Source: Monosiga brevicollis MX1
Lineage: Eukaryota
DNA: 50,698 nucleotides
Reading direction: 5' to 3'
Assembly: GCF_000002865.3 (NCBI RefSeq)
Contig: NW_001865087.1
Coordinates: forward strand, 135,049 to 185,746
Each line of letters begins with the position of its first letter. The stretch's first letter is position 1. Positions 1 to 12,700 of the stretch are shown here, one piece after another. The notes under the pieces were generated by a model, which was not told where the DNA came from, searched no databases, and saw only the letters and a program-made list of their open reading frames with translations. The translations under genes were made by a program, and so were the position numbers.

Positions 1-7
1 GAGAGAT

Positions 8-43
<36 letters not shown>

Positions 44-110
44 AGAGAGAGAGAGAGATGAAGAGAGAGAGAAGAGAGAGAAGAGAGAGGCCGAGAGGGC
101 GAGAGCGAGC
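1..110. repeat. (GA)n microsatellite, imperfect
   Basis: Direct GA dinucleotide runs with interruptions. Confidence 0.95.
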
Positions 111-1145
111 GAAAAGCGACAGAGGGACATGGGGACATCAAAGTAAAGAGATGTATAGCCGTTGAAGAGATGTCGGGATATGGAGGAGCTATGGAGCTAC
201 GGGAGCCATGAAGCCACGAAGATGTTTGGACATGGGTTATAAGGGCATAGGGGAAGAGGGACTTGGGGAGATGCATGCACAACCAGAGGCAAAGGCAGAT
301 GATCATACTATTATGCAAACACACGGCCAGAGGGACGGATGGGGACAGACAGAGAGGTTGTCAAGAGAGGCAGAGAGACAGAGGCAGACTGCGAGATGCA
401 CAGAGACACACGCAGAGACAGACAGAGACAAACTGCGAGACAAACAGAGACACACGGAGACACGCAAGCACAGATTCGTAGATTGACGGGTGGGGGACGC
501 TGCAGACGCAAAGAGTGGCAGGGAGACAACGCTTCAAGAAGTTCGAAGGGAGCAGGCAAGCAATCATCAGAGAAGCTCATCTTCAATCATATGGGTGTAC
601 GGCGCATGTCAGATCCAACCAAGTAGGGGCGAACAATTGATGAGCCAAAGAGGGTTGCAGCTACACCTCGTGCATTTGTGATGATCGAGAACAATCTGTG
701 CAGGCCAATCTGTATGTTACAACGACAGGGACTGAGCGGCTATGCATATGAACAAGGCAATGACTCTTGTCCGTCCTCACAGCCACTGAAAGAGGCGTTA
801 CAGGAAGCATCAGGCATGTCGGATGGAAGCATGAGCCAAATAGATGGCGCCACGCGATGCGTTGGTCAAAGAGCCAGCAGAAAGAAGAGAGGATCGGCAG
901 ATTTTGAACCCCGATTGTAACTTGAACGTATACACATTGCATCTCTGCATATGCTCATATGGTTGGCGATGGCTCCCCATGTCTGGCTGTCTGCCGCATG
1001 ACAGAAAGAAATCAATTTTAAGACACAAACCGCGCAGCGGCCACTCTGCAAGTGCCCCCGGGACAAGACACCGTCCTCAGCACGCGAGCAAAAACAGAAA
1101 AAAAAAATCAATGCCTGGATGGCAAAGGGTTAAGCAGGCTTTTGA

Positions 1146-1781
1146 TTACGCCTGATGAACGCCCCTGCTGGAGACAATCCGATAGCGCTGCCCTGATGGT
1201 ACAGCTGTTTGGGCGTGTGTCCCATGCGCCTCTTGGAATTCCTCAGCCGCCTGGGCTGCCTGCATCTGCTCCCATCGCTCCTGCTCCTGCTGACGGGCAG
1301 CATGACGTCGAAGAAGTTGGTTCCAGTCGTAGCGGGACAAAAAGCGCGACTCTGCCGCGCTGAGCTGCCGCCGATTATCACGATAGTAATTCTGTGCAGG
1401 ACAACAATTTGGCCGGCCATGCGTAAGTGGCTGGTCCAGGACAGCGCGCGAGCAGAAATAACGCCGCGCGCTTGACCAAGAGTACGTACGTAGACCTGGA
1501 GGCTGGAGGCATCCTGATATGTTGCAAAAAGGCCAAAGGCCTCATCCAGATCAATGGGAGGAATATCCGCCCCTCGAGCCGGCCGGGCCAACAGGGCCCT
1601 GTCCCCGCAGCACAAACACATCAAAACCATCAGACAACCATACAGCTTCCAGGGCATCTGCCACGCGACCACAGATCCAAAATATCAACGCTTACCACGA
1701 GGGTGTTGAGGCGCGTGTTCGGTCCAACAGGGCTCGTGCCTGATCTGCTCGCGCCTGCAGCGTCGTTCCAGTCATCGCCAT
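1146..1781 (-). CDS. Small hypothetical protein, about 3 exons
   Basis: A phase-compatible GT-AG model gives MAMTGTTLQARADQARALLDRTRASTPSW / ALLARPARGADIPPIDLDEAFGLFATYQDASSLQ / NYYRDNRRQLSAAESRFLSRYDWNQLLRRH...GVHQA*. No family recognised and the start is uncertain. Confidence 0.45.
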
Positions 1782-2432
1782 CGCGACAGAGGGCTGCTGC
1801 TGCTGCTGCTGCTGGTCGCTGACGCCGATGATGATGATTTCAAATATTGGCGGCAAACGTTACCTGGCCAAAAAAATACGGTATTTGTCAGATAAAACTT
1901 GCTCTCAAGCAAGTTTATCGCTTGGTTTTGAACCTCGTGACGTTCAGCGACACTTTTCTCTTTTTTGGCTCGTAAGTGTGTGTGTGTGTGTGTGTCGTAT
2001 CGGCGTGACTGGACCTCTGCTTTGGGGACGCGCGCGCTCGCTTCGAGCGCACCAGAAGGATTGAATCGGCACGGCAGGATGTGCGCCCGGGGGGAGGGAG
2101 GGGGCTGTGCGCCGGCTTTTTGTTCGAGAAAGCTGCCATTTGGACTTAATGCTGCAGCGTGAGAGAGGTGTTCGGAAAGGAAAGACTTGACATGTCCAAG
2201 GAGGGCCCGAGTCGTGCTGGCTGGCCTGGTGTGAAGCCGCATGCATGCTTGGGATGGTCCACGCACATCTGCCTTGGTCTTCCGTGCCCGAGCCAGCTTT
2301 GAGGCAGGATGCATCAACCCTGACTTCGTTGCATCTTTTTTCCCGCTTCCCCTATCTGGCATCCCATGCTTATCCCATGCATGGTGTACTTTTTTTTCTT
2401 GGTCTTGCCGTCACAACAGAAAGACCGTCAAC

Positions 2433-3397
2433 ATGTCGGACGCCCTCACCTGGCAGATTGTTAAGAAGAACAACCGTTACATCAACCGTAACGGTACCGG
2501 CGACCGCCGCTACTTCAGCACTGTGAGTTTTTCTGTTCAAAAGGCGTGAGGAGATGCGCGCGTGTCTTCATCAGCCCAGCCCAGGTCTCTGGTTGAAGTG
2601 TATTGACGGAGGCCTCAAGTTTGCATGCGAAGACCTTTTTGACGGCTGGGCTGAACGGACACGCGCGAGGGGATCTCGTGTATTTTTTTGAAGATTGAGT
2701 CGTATCGTATCCGATTGGCTGCCGTGACACAATGCTGATCCTGATCCATGCCTCGGTGTACCCTGGCCCATTTCTCTCTCGTTCAATGGTTGCGCGCGAC
2801 TGCAGGAGGAGACCAACATCACCAAGTTGCACAGCTTCCGTGCCAGCGGTCTCGCCAACTCCAAGGTGAGAAGCAGAGATGGCTCGGAATGGTTTCCCGT
2901 TTTCTCCCAGCAGATGAACAATCATATCGGAGAGCTCCTCGCCATTTTGGCGCGCGGGGATCATGGCGTTGTTTGTTTGTTCGGGCGCACACTGACATGG
3001 GCATTGGATGGGTTGTTGGACGTCTCTGTATTAGGCTTTTGGTGTTCGCCCCATTGCCGGCGCCAAGGGTGTTGAGATTGTGGCCAAGAACCCCAAGTAT
3101 GCTTCTCAGCCCAAGAAGAACGTGTACACTGTCAAGCTGACCAAGGGTGCCCGTGCCTCCATGCGCTCCGTCAAGGGCCTGGCTGCCACCAGCTACTACC
3201 GCCCCGACCTGTCCAAGGTGCGCGCTTTTGGGGTTCTATCTTTTAATAGTTGCGTGTGTGTTTGAGACTCTGCGTGCGTCTTTTTTTCTCTCTGCTTTTT
3301 AATCTCACCCTTATCTATCCTTCTCCCCTCGTTTTTTTTTTTATAGGCTGCCCAGAAGCGCGTGGCCCAGATTGTCCGATCCCAGAAGGCTCAGTAA
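2433..3397 (+). CDS. RPL28: 60S ribosomal protein L28 (eL28); exons 2433-2522, 2806-2865, 3035-3217, 3347-3397
   Basis: Spliced product MSDALTWQIVKKNNRY...YFST/EETNITKLHSFRASGLANSK/AFGV...YYRPDLSK/AAQKRVAQIVRSQKAQ* carries the eL28 motifs (W in the N-terminal helix, SGLAN, YRPDL). All introns are GT-AG. Confidence 0.95.
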
Positions 3398-4077
3398 ATT
3401 GCCTTGATGGTGAATTGACGTGTCTTCATACCCAATCTTGTCTCCTGTTTCAAGGGTTGTCTGCATATTCATGTTGTGGCTGGCTTTGAGCGGCCGAGCT
3501 GGGCTCCTCACCTACCGCAACCGCTACCGCTTCACTCTGAAGAATATGATTCAAGTCGGCTGAGGTCATAGACAGCAAAAGCATAGACAGCAAAAGACAA
3601 CCAAGAAGCATGGGAGAGAGAGAGCAAGATGCGGAGTCCGACCAACATCTATAATTAGACGATGGCTTTTTGCAGTAATCGCATGGGAAGAGGAGGCAAG
3701 CAAGGAGTTTTAGGTGCAAGCAAAGGAAGGCAGGAAGCTGAGTGAAAACAGGGCACAGGAGAGGTGAACGAGCCACGGGGAGGGGCCGGGGGGGGGTGCC
3801 CGCCGCACCTGGTTTCTCGCGTTGCCCTTTTCCCAACCAATAAGCCGCACGCTCGCGCTTTTTGAAACAATACACAGAGAGAAGAGAGAGAGACGAAACA
3901 AAGGGTAAATATGAGAGAGCGGGAGGTACGAGTCACTGTCAGCAAGAGATACTGGTAATCATAGCTATCGCATCCACATAAAACTGTACACGGATCAGAG
4001 AAGACACCAAATTCATGTTCCATCTCAGAGAACATCCATCACCAAGCTCAAACAGCGAGAGAGAGAGTAAGAAAAGG

Positions 4078-4259
4078 TGTGTGTGTGTCTCTGTCTCTGT
4101 CTCTGTCTCTGTCTCTGTCTCTGTCTCTGTCTCTGTCTCTGTCTCTGTCTCTGTCTCTGTCTCTGTCTCTGTCTCTGTCTCTGTCTCTGTCTCTGTCTCT
4201 GTCTCTCTCTGTCTGTCTCTCTCTCTCTCTGTCTCTCTCTGTCTCTCTCTCTCTCTGTC
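4078..4259. repeat. (TCTCTG)n hexamer array grading into (TC)n
   Basis: About 19 perfect TCTCTG units running into the gap. Confidence 0.95.
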
Positions 4260-4309
4260 NNNNNNNNNNNNNNNNNNNNNNNNNNNNNNNNNNNNNNNNN
4301 NNNNNNNNN
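4260..4309. other. Assembly gap
   Basis: N run. Confidence 1.
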
Positions 4310-6159
4310 GCCACAGCTCCAGCCCCGGCTGCTCCAGCTCCGGCCGCCGCTGCCCCGGCTTCCGCAAAGAGTGACAACAAAAATCCTGCTCGTCGGCGCG
4401 AGCAGGTAAGCTCGTCCGATCCATATCCTCATTCTCAACATCGATTTTCGCCTTGCTTGCGCTCACCCACACCCCGCCTCACGCTGCTCCGTCGTTCTAT
4501 CTGCGCCCCTTTTAGCTCATTCAGCTAGCTCCCGTCCAAGTCGACTCGGCCAAAACCATCAGCACGCAAAAGCTCATTGAACAGCAAGTCAAGGCCGCCG
4601 GGGTCTTTGATAACAGCAGTGGCATGCGGCGCGTCGATCTGGCCAGCCTCGAACGCAATGGCGTGGCTTCGGCTGGCCCTTCCGCCGTTTCTGCTCCAAC
4701 GCCCGTCATCACGCCCATCGGCGGTGGTGCACCCGTGCCCACAGCCTCGGCCCCCGTCGCCGCCAACACCCCGGCCCCAGAGTTCCCGCCTGAAATGTCG
4801 GACCACCCCGCCGTTGAGGCCCTGCGTGTCTCACGCCACTGTCTTGAGCAGGCTCAAGGAGCTTTGCAGGAGCGTTGGACTGCTGCCAAGGCTCACGTTG
4901 ACAAGGAGTTTCAGCGCTTCACTCAAGCCGTCGTCGCACGCCACACCGCTCTGCTGCGCGAGATCGACGACAAGATGTTCCAAGAGTCGGCCCTCTTGGC
5001 CAAGCGACAGGTATGCGGACTGACGTGCGACGGTTTCTTAAAACTTGGTTTCCGTGACCAGACGGTCCGAGCGATAGCACTCAGAACCAAACCGCTCATG
5101 TTCTCACCATTGCGTCTGCTGGCTCAGACAATGCTGGGACGCTTGACGGTCGAGCTGCAAAGCTGCATGATTCGAGGTGTAGACCCAGAGCTGGCCCTGA
5201 AGCTCGAAAGCTTTCGTCAAACGAGTGAGGTCGACGTCGACCACTGGTTTGCGGACCGGGTCACGCTGGATCTCAAGGAAGACGTCAAGAACGTGGGCCA
5301 AGCTGGGTCCATCTACTCGGTCGTGAGCGCCCAACCCCCACCCGAGGTGAGTATTTGAACGAGTTTCCAAGTGGCCAATGTCCACCCTTCTGTCTTTGCT
5401 GTTCATGATTGCCTTTCTCACTACCCTATTGGCTGGCTTGTAGCAATCGCGACGCAAGGCTCCTGCACGCAAGAAAGAGCTGAAGCTTGCCATGCCCACC
5501 AAGTTCGTATGCCGAGAATCGTCTTGTCTTGTCTTGTCTTGTTCAGTCTATGTGCTTTTCAACGCATTCTGTTCAACGCATTTATTTTCTTTTCAAATTG
5601 GCTTCTGTTGCTAATCTACGCGTGTGCCTGCATATTGGCGTGAAATTGCTGTAGTCTGATGAATGGCCAGCCCAAGCCACAAGGGGCGGCAGCAAACTCG
5701 GGCAGCGCCAATGGCGGTCGTGGTAACAGGAACAAGGGCAAGGGCAAGGGCAAGGGGTCGGACGCACCCGCCCCGGCAGGCAAGCAGGGCAATCAAAAAC
5801 AAGACAAGCCCAAGCAGGACAAGCCCAAGCAGGACAAGGTCGAGGGCGCCGGCAAGAACAACAAGGCAGCGGCAAACAAGAAAGCCGGCAATAATGAGAA
5901 ATCGGGCAAATCCCAACAACAACAACAACAACAACAGCAACAGCAGCAAGGTGGCAAGAACACCAACAAGAATCAAAAGAAGGAAAACAAGAGTGCTGAA
6001 GCCGAACAAACCAAAGCTCCTTCAACCGAGAGTACGGCCAAGCCACAGCCGCAGCGCGAGCCCCGACGCCGCCGCGATCGCAACTCGCAGAAGAGCAGCG
6101 ATGTAGAGTCTGCAGACGCCGCCGCAGCGCCTGCCCCCAGCCAGAGTGTCGAAGCCTAA
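4310..6159 (+). CDS. Coiled-coil protein, possibly SPATS2/DUF1387-like, with a K/N/Q/G-rich disordered tail; 5' end in or before the gap
   Basis: Exons at about 4310-4405, 4516-5010, 5128-5346, 5444-5502 and 5655-6159 with GT-AG ends. The helix KAHVDKEFQRFTQAVVARHTALLREIDDKMFQESALLAKRQ resembles the SPATS2 coiled coil as recalled. The gene is well supported; the family call is tentative. Confidence 0.6.
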
Positions 6160-7393
6160 CTAATTTTTCTTTTCTTTTGAAGGAGTCTGTGGTTTTCCCA
6201 ACCCCTTGCACTTCCCGAACCCGCATCCACCACCCAGCTTGACGCCTGCCAGTCTCTGCCACTCTGTTCACCTTGATGTGTTTCTCTGCTTTTTGACAAT
6301 AATTCTTCTTTGACATTGGCGGTTGCACACTTGCCGTCACTGGGATGTCCCCATCTTTTGACTTTTCTCCTGTCCCAGTTACAAAAGCCAACTCCTCCTT
6401 CTTTCCTTTATTGTATTTGTCCGTCGACCTGCACCCAATCCACCCCTTTTCCGATCTTGACGCGTGCTTTTCCACTTTTGACAGGAGTGCAGATCAGGTT
6501 GCGGTTTTATGTCAATAATTACAATGACAACAGTCGAACAAATCGATGCCAATCAAAGCGCAACGTTGCCGCATGTATATCGGCTCGAATAAATCTGATC
6601 TTGGATCTTGATGTTCTGATCAATGTGGAATGGCATCGGCACTGTGTCAAATTAATTCGACATATTTGAAGACGTGGTCCGCGTCAGGCTCCAGGACGCA
6701 GTCCGTGTGGCCAACGCCAACCTGTTTCTAAGGTTGTTCAAGTCGCTTCTTTTCCTGTTTTTGATTTCTAACTACATTCGGATGTATTTTTGTGTCTCTG
6801 ATGTAGAAAGCGGAGAAAAGTACCGTCGGACAACTCGTGCCTTGTCAGCGATGCAAACTGGGTTGGATTGTGTAGCGATGCGGTCGAACCCCCTTATTGG
6901 CTGAGTTCCAGCACTCACATAAGATGGCCGTGGAAGAACAACAATATTATTACTCTATGAGCAAAACGGATAACAAGAAAAAAATTTGAAATTGAATTGT
7001 ATGTCTTCCAAGTATGGGACGCGAAAGGCAATGGCCGCCCGCGCTCCCCAACGAGATATTGCACGAGAGCCACGCCATGATTTTTGGCATAGATTCACGC
7101 CTCATGATTGACCCTGAGCCATCGACTAACCCACCACGAACGCGCAAGAACCAAGCTATACACGCCAACAACGACACAAACATGTAATTTCAAAGTGGGT
7201 AGATGTTGCCCATCCTGCCACAGTTCATTGCGGTCAAGCGAGAAAACAGGGCCAAGAACCAAAGCTCGGTGAAGAACCAGGGAGCAAGTGAAAAGGGCGA
7301 CAGATGTTCCGGCAGCAGTGTCAAGCTTAATCCACCACGTGCAGCAGACGCATGCAAAGCCCTAGTTCATGCTTTGGTTGACTGGCATTCCAT

Positions 7394-10300
7394 TTAATCA
7401 GCCAAGAGATCATCCTCATCCTATACACGGCAGGTGGCAGGTGAGCCATCACGGCGAGGCAACGACGTGAAACAGGGAGGAGGACACGAAGCGGGGTGGA
7501 ATGACAAAGTCTCACACGCACCAGATCATCCGCGGCTGTGGCGTCGACGTCATCCAGATCGAGGTCCAAGTCATCATCCAGGTCATCAACCTCAGGCTGT
7601 TCCTCAGGCTGTTCCTCTTGCTCGTCTGCGGGCTGTTCAATGGTCTCTGCAGGCGCCGCAACCTCCTCCTCGTCACCAAAGTCAAGATCATCGTCTTCAA
7701 TTTCCTGCTCCTCGGCCTCTTCCACTGCCTCCTCGGGCGCTGGCGCTGACACGGCGTCCACAGGCGCGGCGGGCTGTGCGCTGCTGGTGGTGGCAGCAGC
7801 AGCAGCCAAATTTCGCTCCCAAGCAGGAACCTGACGCTCGGCTTGCACGGCCTGGTATTGGCTGGCCGGGGCAGCATGCACGTTGCGTGCCCTATCAAAT
7901 CATGAACACGAAAAAAAATCGTGAGAACTCATTCCAACTACATGCAGGCCGTGGCACGAGCGTGGGCGGGTACCTACTTGAGAGCAGCCTCCAATTGCAA
8001 CGACTCTTGGAAGTTGGGGAACAGGTTTTCGTACTCGCTGGGCGAGGCCAGCGCTTGCGACAGTTTCGGGCGCGACTTGCTCAGCGATTCCTTCCAAGCT
8101 GCAGTGATTTCCTCCACACGGGAGGGAACGTAGGTGCGTGCAAATAGCGCGGCTTCGGCCACACGGTTGCTTTCCAGCAGCAGGTCGATGCATTCGCTCG
8201 CTTTGCCCTGCAAGAAGAGAGCCAAGAACCCAATGTTGTGCTTGCCCTCGGCCACGGCGTCGCAAGCCAAGCCCTGAAGCTTGTCTGCCTTGCCAGCGGA
8301 GCTGTGCAGCACAAGACACGACGAAGTGAGGGGTCAACAGGGGTGCACGTGACGGTCGGGAGTTGTGACTCGAGCAAGGCAGTAGCATTCACAACACACT
8401 GTAAGGTGTGCAAGCGCTCGGGTTGCGTACCTGTAGAGCAGAAGCTGGCCGCTGTAATCGTGGGCATGGGCCAAACATTCCTCGGCCAGATCAAACATGG
8501 ATTTCTGCATTGCGGCCTCAGCCAGCAGCTTCCACTTGTGCACGTTGTCCAACTCCTGGGCCAGCTCGCGGGCGACGATGAGCTTGTGCAGGCTAAGAGC
8601 AAGCTCGAAACGGTGTTCGGCGTCTGTGGAAACGACCAGAGCTTGCTCTTTGAAGCCCCGCTTCTCGAGGAAGTGAGCCACGCGCGTGCGCTGATCAGCA
8701 GGAATGTTGGGCATGACTTCATCAGCAGCCTCAAAGTCGCCGCGCATGACAGCCGTCTGGTATTCGAGGACCGCCAACGGGAGCTTGTAGGAGATGATGT
8801 TCAGGTCCTTGTCACCCAAGTACACGCGGCCGGTTTGGCTGAGGTAACCCAGAAGGTACATGGAGCGATCCATGTGGGAGACGGTGACAATCTCGCCACC
8901 AACGTAGTAATTGAGGCGGTTGCCCTTGTTGGTGTAGATGAAGCAGTCACCCACCCAGCAAGCAGTGTTGACCGAGTCTGCAATCTCCTCCAGCACCTCA
9001 AGGGCATCTTCGATGCCTTCCTCATCAATCTCACCGCCCGAAGCCACAACCTCGGCAACAGCATCGGCATTGTAGGACAGCATGTAGAAAGTGTCGTCAT
9101 TGGTCACGATTGTGAGTTTATCGCCAGCCTCGGACCAGAACACGTTGACGGCGTCGATTTCAATGCGACGGATCAGCTGCAGGCTCTCCCAGTCGTAAAA
9201 GCTCAGCGTTCCAAAGCCGCGCACACCAAGGAGCGTGCCACCGAAAATTCCTAGAGTTCAGGGCACCGCGGTGAGGTAATGGCGCACGGTTGTTCCCAAT
9301 GAGCGTAGCGTTGGGGAAAAACAAGAAGAAGGAGAAAAGAAAAGAAAAGAACAGGGGAGGGAGATGACGGTGGCAAACCAACCTTCGGCGCTAAAGTCGG
9401 GCTTGAGGGTTGCCTTTTCTTTAAAGTTCTTGAACAGCTTGACCTTGGAGCTGCTTTCACGAGTGGCATACTCTGAGGCATCGGCACCCCACACAAACTC
9501 AAGAGCCTGACCAAAGGCCTTGTTGCGGAAGGAGAGCGCAGTATGGATGTTGTACTCGCCATCACCACACACCACCACAAAGCGGCCGTTGGGATTGTGC
9601 GACAGGGACTGCGGGAAAATCTCGCACGAGCCCAGCTCCTGCATGAATGAAATACGACAGACAATGAGCATGGCGAGTTGGAACGCGACTGTAGGAGGTT
9701 GGGGGTTGCATGTAGTTTTTTTTTTTTTTTAAATCAACATGTGCGGGAAGAGGAGCGGACCTTCATGGCGAGGGGCAGGGGTTCGCCGTCCTTGATCGAG
9801 TCCTCCAGCTTGAGAACGTTGGCTTGTTGAACTTCGTTGTGCTTGGTGACGATGATCTTGCCATTGTTGTCCATGGACATGGCCGGTTCTTCACGTCCCA
9901 GCTTGACCATGATGGCACCGTCGTCGTAGGCGATGGCCACGTTGTTGGTGCCGAGGCGGCAGCTCATGGCCCAGACGCGTTCCATACCGTAGTTGAGGGT
10001 GTTCTCAAGGCGGTAGGTGTTGGAGTGCCAGACGCGGATGGTGCCGTCTTCGGCGCCCGTCAGCACAATGGGGAGCTCGGGATGAAAGGCAACAGCGCAC
10101 ACGTTCTGAGTGTGTCCCTCAAGCGTCTGAAGGAAGGAGCATGCGTCAAGCGTGGTGGAAGGTCAAAGGTGTAAGGATTCACGAGGAAGCCAGCGAGACC
10201 AGGTGAAAGACCAAGGTTGTTTCCGTGGGAAAAAAACAACAACCGAAAAAAAAAAAAAACCAAAACCAAAACCAAATCCAAAAACCAAAAACCAAGAAAC

Positions 10301-11531
10301 CAAAAGACAAAACGCCAAGCGAACACGCAACGAAGAAGCGTAAGCACAGGTCCATGGAGGGTGACGCACCGCAACGCAGGCCTTGCTTTGGTAATCCCAA
10401 ATCTTGACGGTGCAGTCATCGGCACCAGAGACCAGGTAGGGCTTTTCACCTCCGGGAAAGTAGTCGATGCAGTTGACGCCCTTGGCATGACCCTGCAGGG
10501 TAAAGTTGGGCTGGGCGGCGCCAAGCTGCCAAACCTTGATGGTGCGGTCCAGGGAGCACGAGGCAAACGTGTTGGTATCCTTGGGATTGAAGGTCACGGC
10601 CATGACGTAGTGCGAGTGCCCCTCAAAGACCTGTCATTGGGTAAGCATAAGCCCAGACGTAAAAAAAGGTCGACGGCCAAGGGTGAGCAAAGATTCACCA
10701 AGCAGGGAGTAAGACAGGAACAAAAGGAAAAAAAAAAAAATCCAAGAGGCACGCAGAATCATCAGGTTAAGCGGGCGGCGGTGGCGACACTTGCCTGTTT
10801 GCATTCCCAGTTGGCATTCCAGTCCCACATGCGAATGGTGGCATCGTCGGAGGAGGAGAGGACGTAGGACTGTGTGGGGTGCACGGCGAGGGCGCGGATG
10901 TAATCAGTGTGGGCCTCGAAGCTGTGCGCCTTTTCCAGCGTGTTGTAGTTGAACACGGAAATGCGCATATCATCCTATAGCCAAGAAAGGGAAAAAAAAA
11001 AAAGAAGTAGAAAGGGAAAAGAAAAAGAAACAGAAGGGGTCAGGATGAGAAGGACGAGGAGGGTGAAGCCGCCCAATGCCCAAACAAAGCGACAGCTCGG
11101 GCTGCCCGAGGCGAGGCAACGGAAAAAAAAAGGGGTGGCAAAAGCAACAGTGTGCGCTGAGGAAGACGGGGGTACAGACCGAGCCGGTGACAATCCAGTT
11201 TTTGCGGTCAATGAAGCGAGCCGCGCGCACGGGAAGCTCTGTGACTTCAAAGGTCTTGATTTTGGTCTGAGAATTGTAGTTCCAGACGTGGACCGAGCCA
11301 TTGTAGAGGGCAACCAAGAGCCAAGGTTCTGTGGGATGAATATCGATGCCCTTGACGCGATCGCTGCGCGCGCTCAGCTGGCGCTTGATGTCCAGACGCA
11401 ACGGCTACGTGTGTGGCAAGGCGTTAGCATGCGTCTCTGATCAAACATGTGTTTGTGCCATCTGGGAGGGGGCATGGTTTGGTCTAGCAAAGGTGCCTGA
11501 GCGAGCTTCAGCAAGGCGTGTGACGCACCAT
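7394..11531 (-). CDS. COPB2: Coatomer subunit beta' (COPI), multi-exon
   Basis: [84 protein letters not shown], and an acidic tail ending DEDDLLAD*. Confidence 0.97.
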
Positions 11532-12286
11532 GGTGGCGGTTCAAGACACGATGAGGACAGAGGGGATACAACTGGCAGCCAGAAGCCTTGCAACGTCCAC
11601 CCGAGCGACAGTGAACGGGAGGAATCTACGTAGCCAACGGCAAGGAAACCTCGCGAGCTAAACATGTATCGGATGATACAAAATGCCAGCAAAGCAGAGT
11701 AAAAAAAAAAAAAAAAAGTGAGTCTTGAGCACGAGAAAAGCGAGCGCGAAAGGCCGTGAAGACGGAGGAGGAAAGAGTGATCACGACAGGACAAGACGGG
11801 CCAAGAGCAGGGCACACGGGACGAGTTGCCGGGAGAAGCACTTGGGCATTAACAGGAGAGTCGGAATGGCACAACGTAACACAACAGCACGCTGCCCTTT
11901 GTAACTTTCTGGTCGATCAAGAGAGCGGGGTGGGGGACACGAGGAATCAGTGGCTCGGATCTCCTTGCAGTGATGACCACACGAATAGACGGATCCGATC
12001 AAGCCATCGGATCCGCCTGCTGCATTTGCACCATCACCGACCCCACTGCATCTGTCGCCCGAACGCGCTGCCCTTTTGACCAACGTGCTCCAGTGGGAGC
12101 AAGCGCAAGCGAGAGAGGAAAAAGGTCACAAGTACAGAGACAGAGAGAAGGAGAGAAGGAGAGAGAGGGAGAGGAAGACAGCCAAGCGTAAACGAGTCCG
12201 GCTAGCCTTCACCCGGGTACGAGTGCTCAGGCAAACACCCATAGCCCTTTGGCACAGTCCGGCACGGCGCTGCCATTTCAACTCAC

Positions 12287-12288
<2 letters not shown>

Positions 12289-12377
<89 letters not shown>

Positions 12378-12426
12378 CACACACACACAGAGACACAGAG
12401 ACACAGAGACAGAGAGAGAGAGAGAG
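12289..12426. repeat. (GA)n/(CA)n microsatellite in the COPB2-bZIP divergent intergenic region
   Basis: Direct. Confidence 0.95.
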
Positions 12427-12660
12427 CAACTCACCCCTTGAAAGTGTCACTTGGGGTCAGGTCTCTGGAAATGCTCTGAGGCTGTGAATGTCAGATGAAA
12501 AGATTCTCTGAATGTGCCACCCTGAACTGGTCAACCTCTTCTTATACGTTGAGGTTTTCTCTAAGGCATGGCCGTTCCAACAGGGATCCCCTCAAAGTTA
12601 CAATCCATCATTCCGTGTCTCTGCCTCAGAAGACATACCCTCAAGTTGACTGGTGCAACG

Positions 12661-12700
12661 AGTCTCTTCAAGTCTCTTCAAGTCTCCTCAAGTCTCTTCC
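12661..12700. repeat. 10-bp tandem repeat (AAGTCTCTTC), about 4 copies
   Basis: agtctcttc aagtctcttc aagtctcctc aagtctcttc. Confidence 0.85.

Noticed and set aside
2530..2580. CTGATGA on the - strand as a hammerhead core
   Set aside because: No stem II/GAAA/stem III arrangement could be built.
2670..2747. Possible C/D snoRNA in RPL28 intron 1 (TTGAAGA...CTGA, GGATC/GATCC ends)
   Set aside because: The C box is non-canonical and far from the terminal stem, and I could not identify a convincing rRNA guide.
3990..4045. C/D-like boxes on the - strand (GTGATGG, CTGA x2)
   Set aside because: Better explained as a short degenerate duplication (TTGGTG...TTCTCTGA). No canonical C box.
3939..4528. 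ORFs with ETET/RQRQ/SLSL/CLCL runs (similar ones at 12076-12479 and 40730-41571)
   Set aside because: Microsatellite and N-gap read-through artefacts.
6480..7200. Possible small gene between the SPATS2-like gene and COPB2
   Set aside because: Only short ORFs, with no coherent splice model or motif.
8238..9254. 338-aa + strand ORF
   Set aside because: Antisense shadow of a large COPB2 exon.
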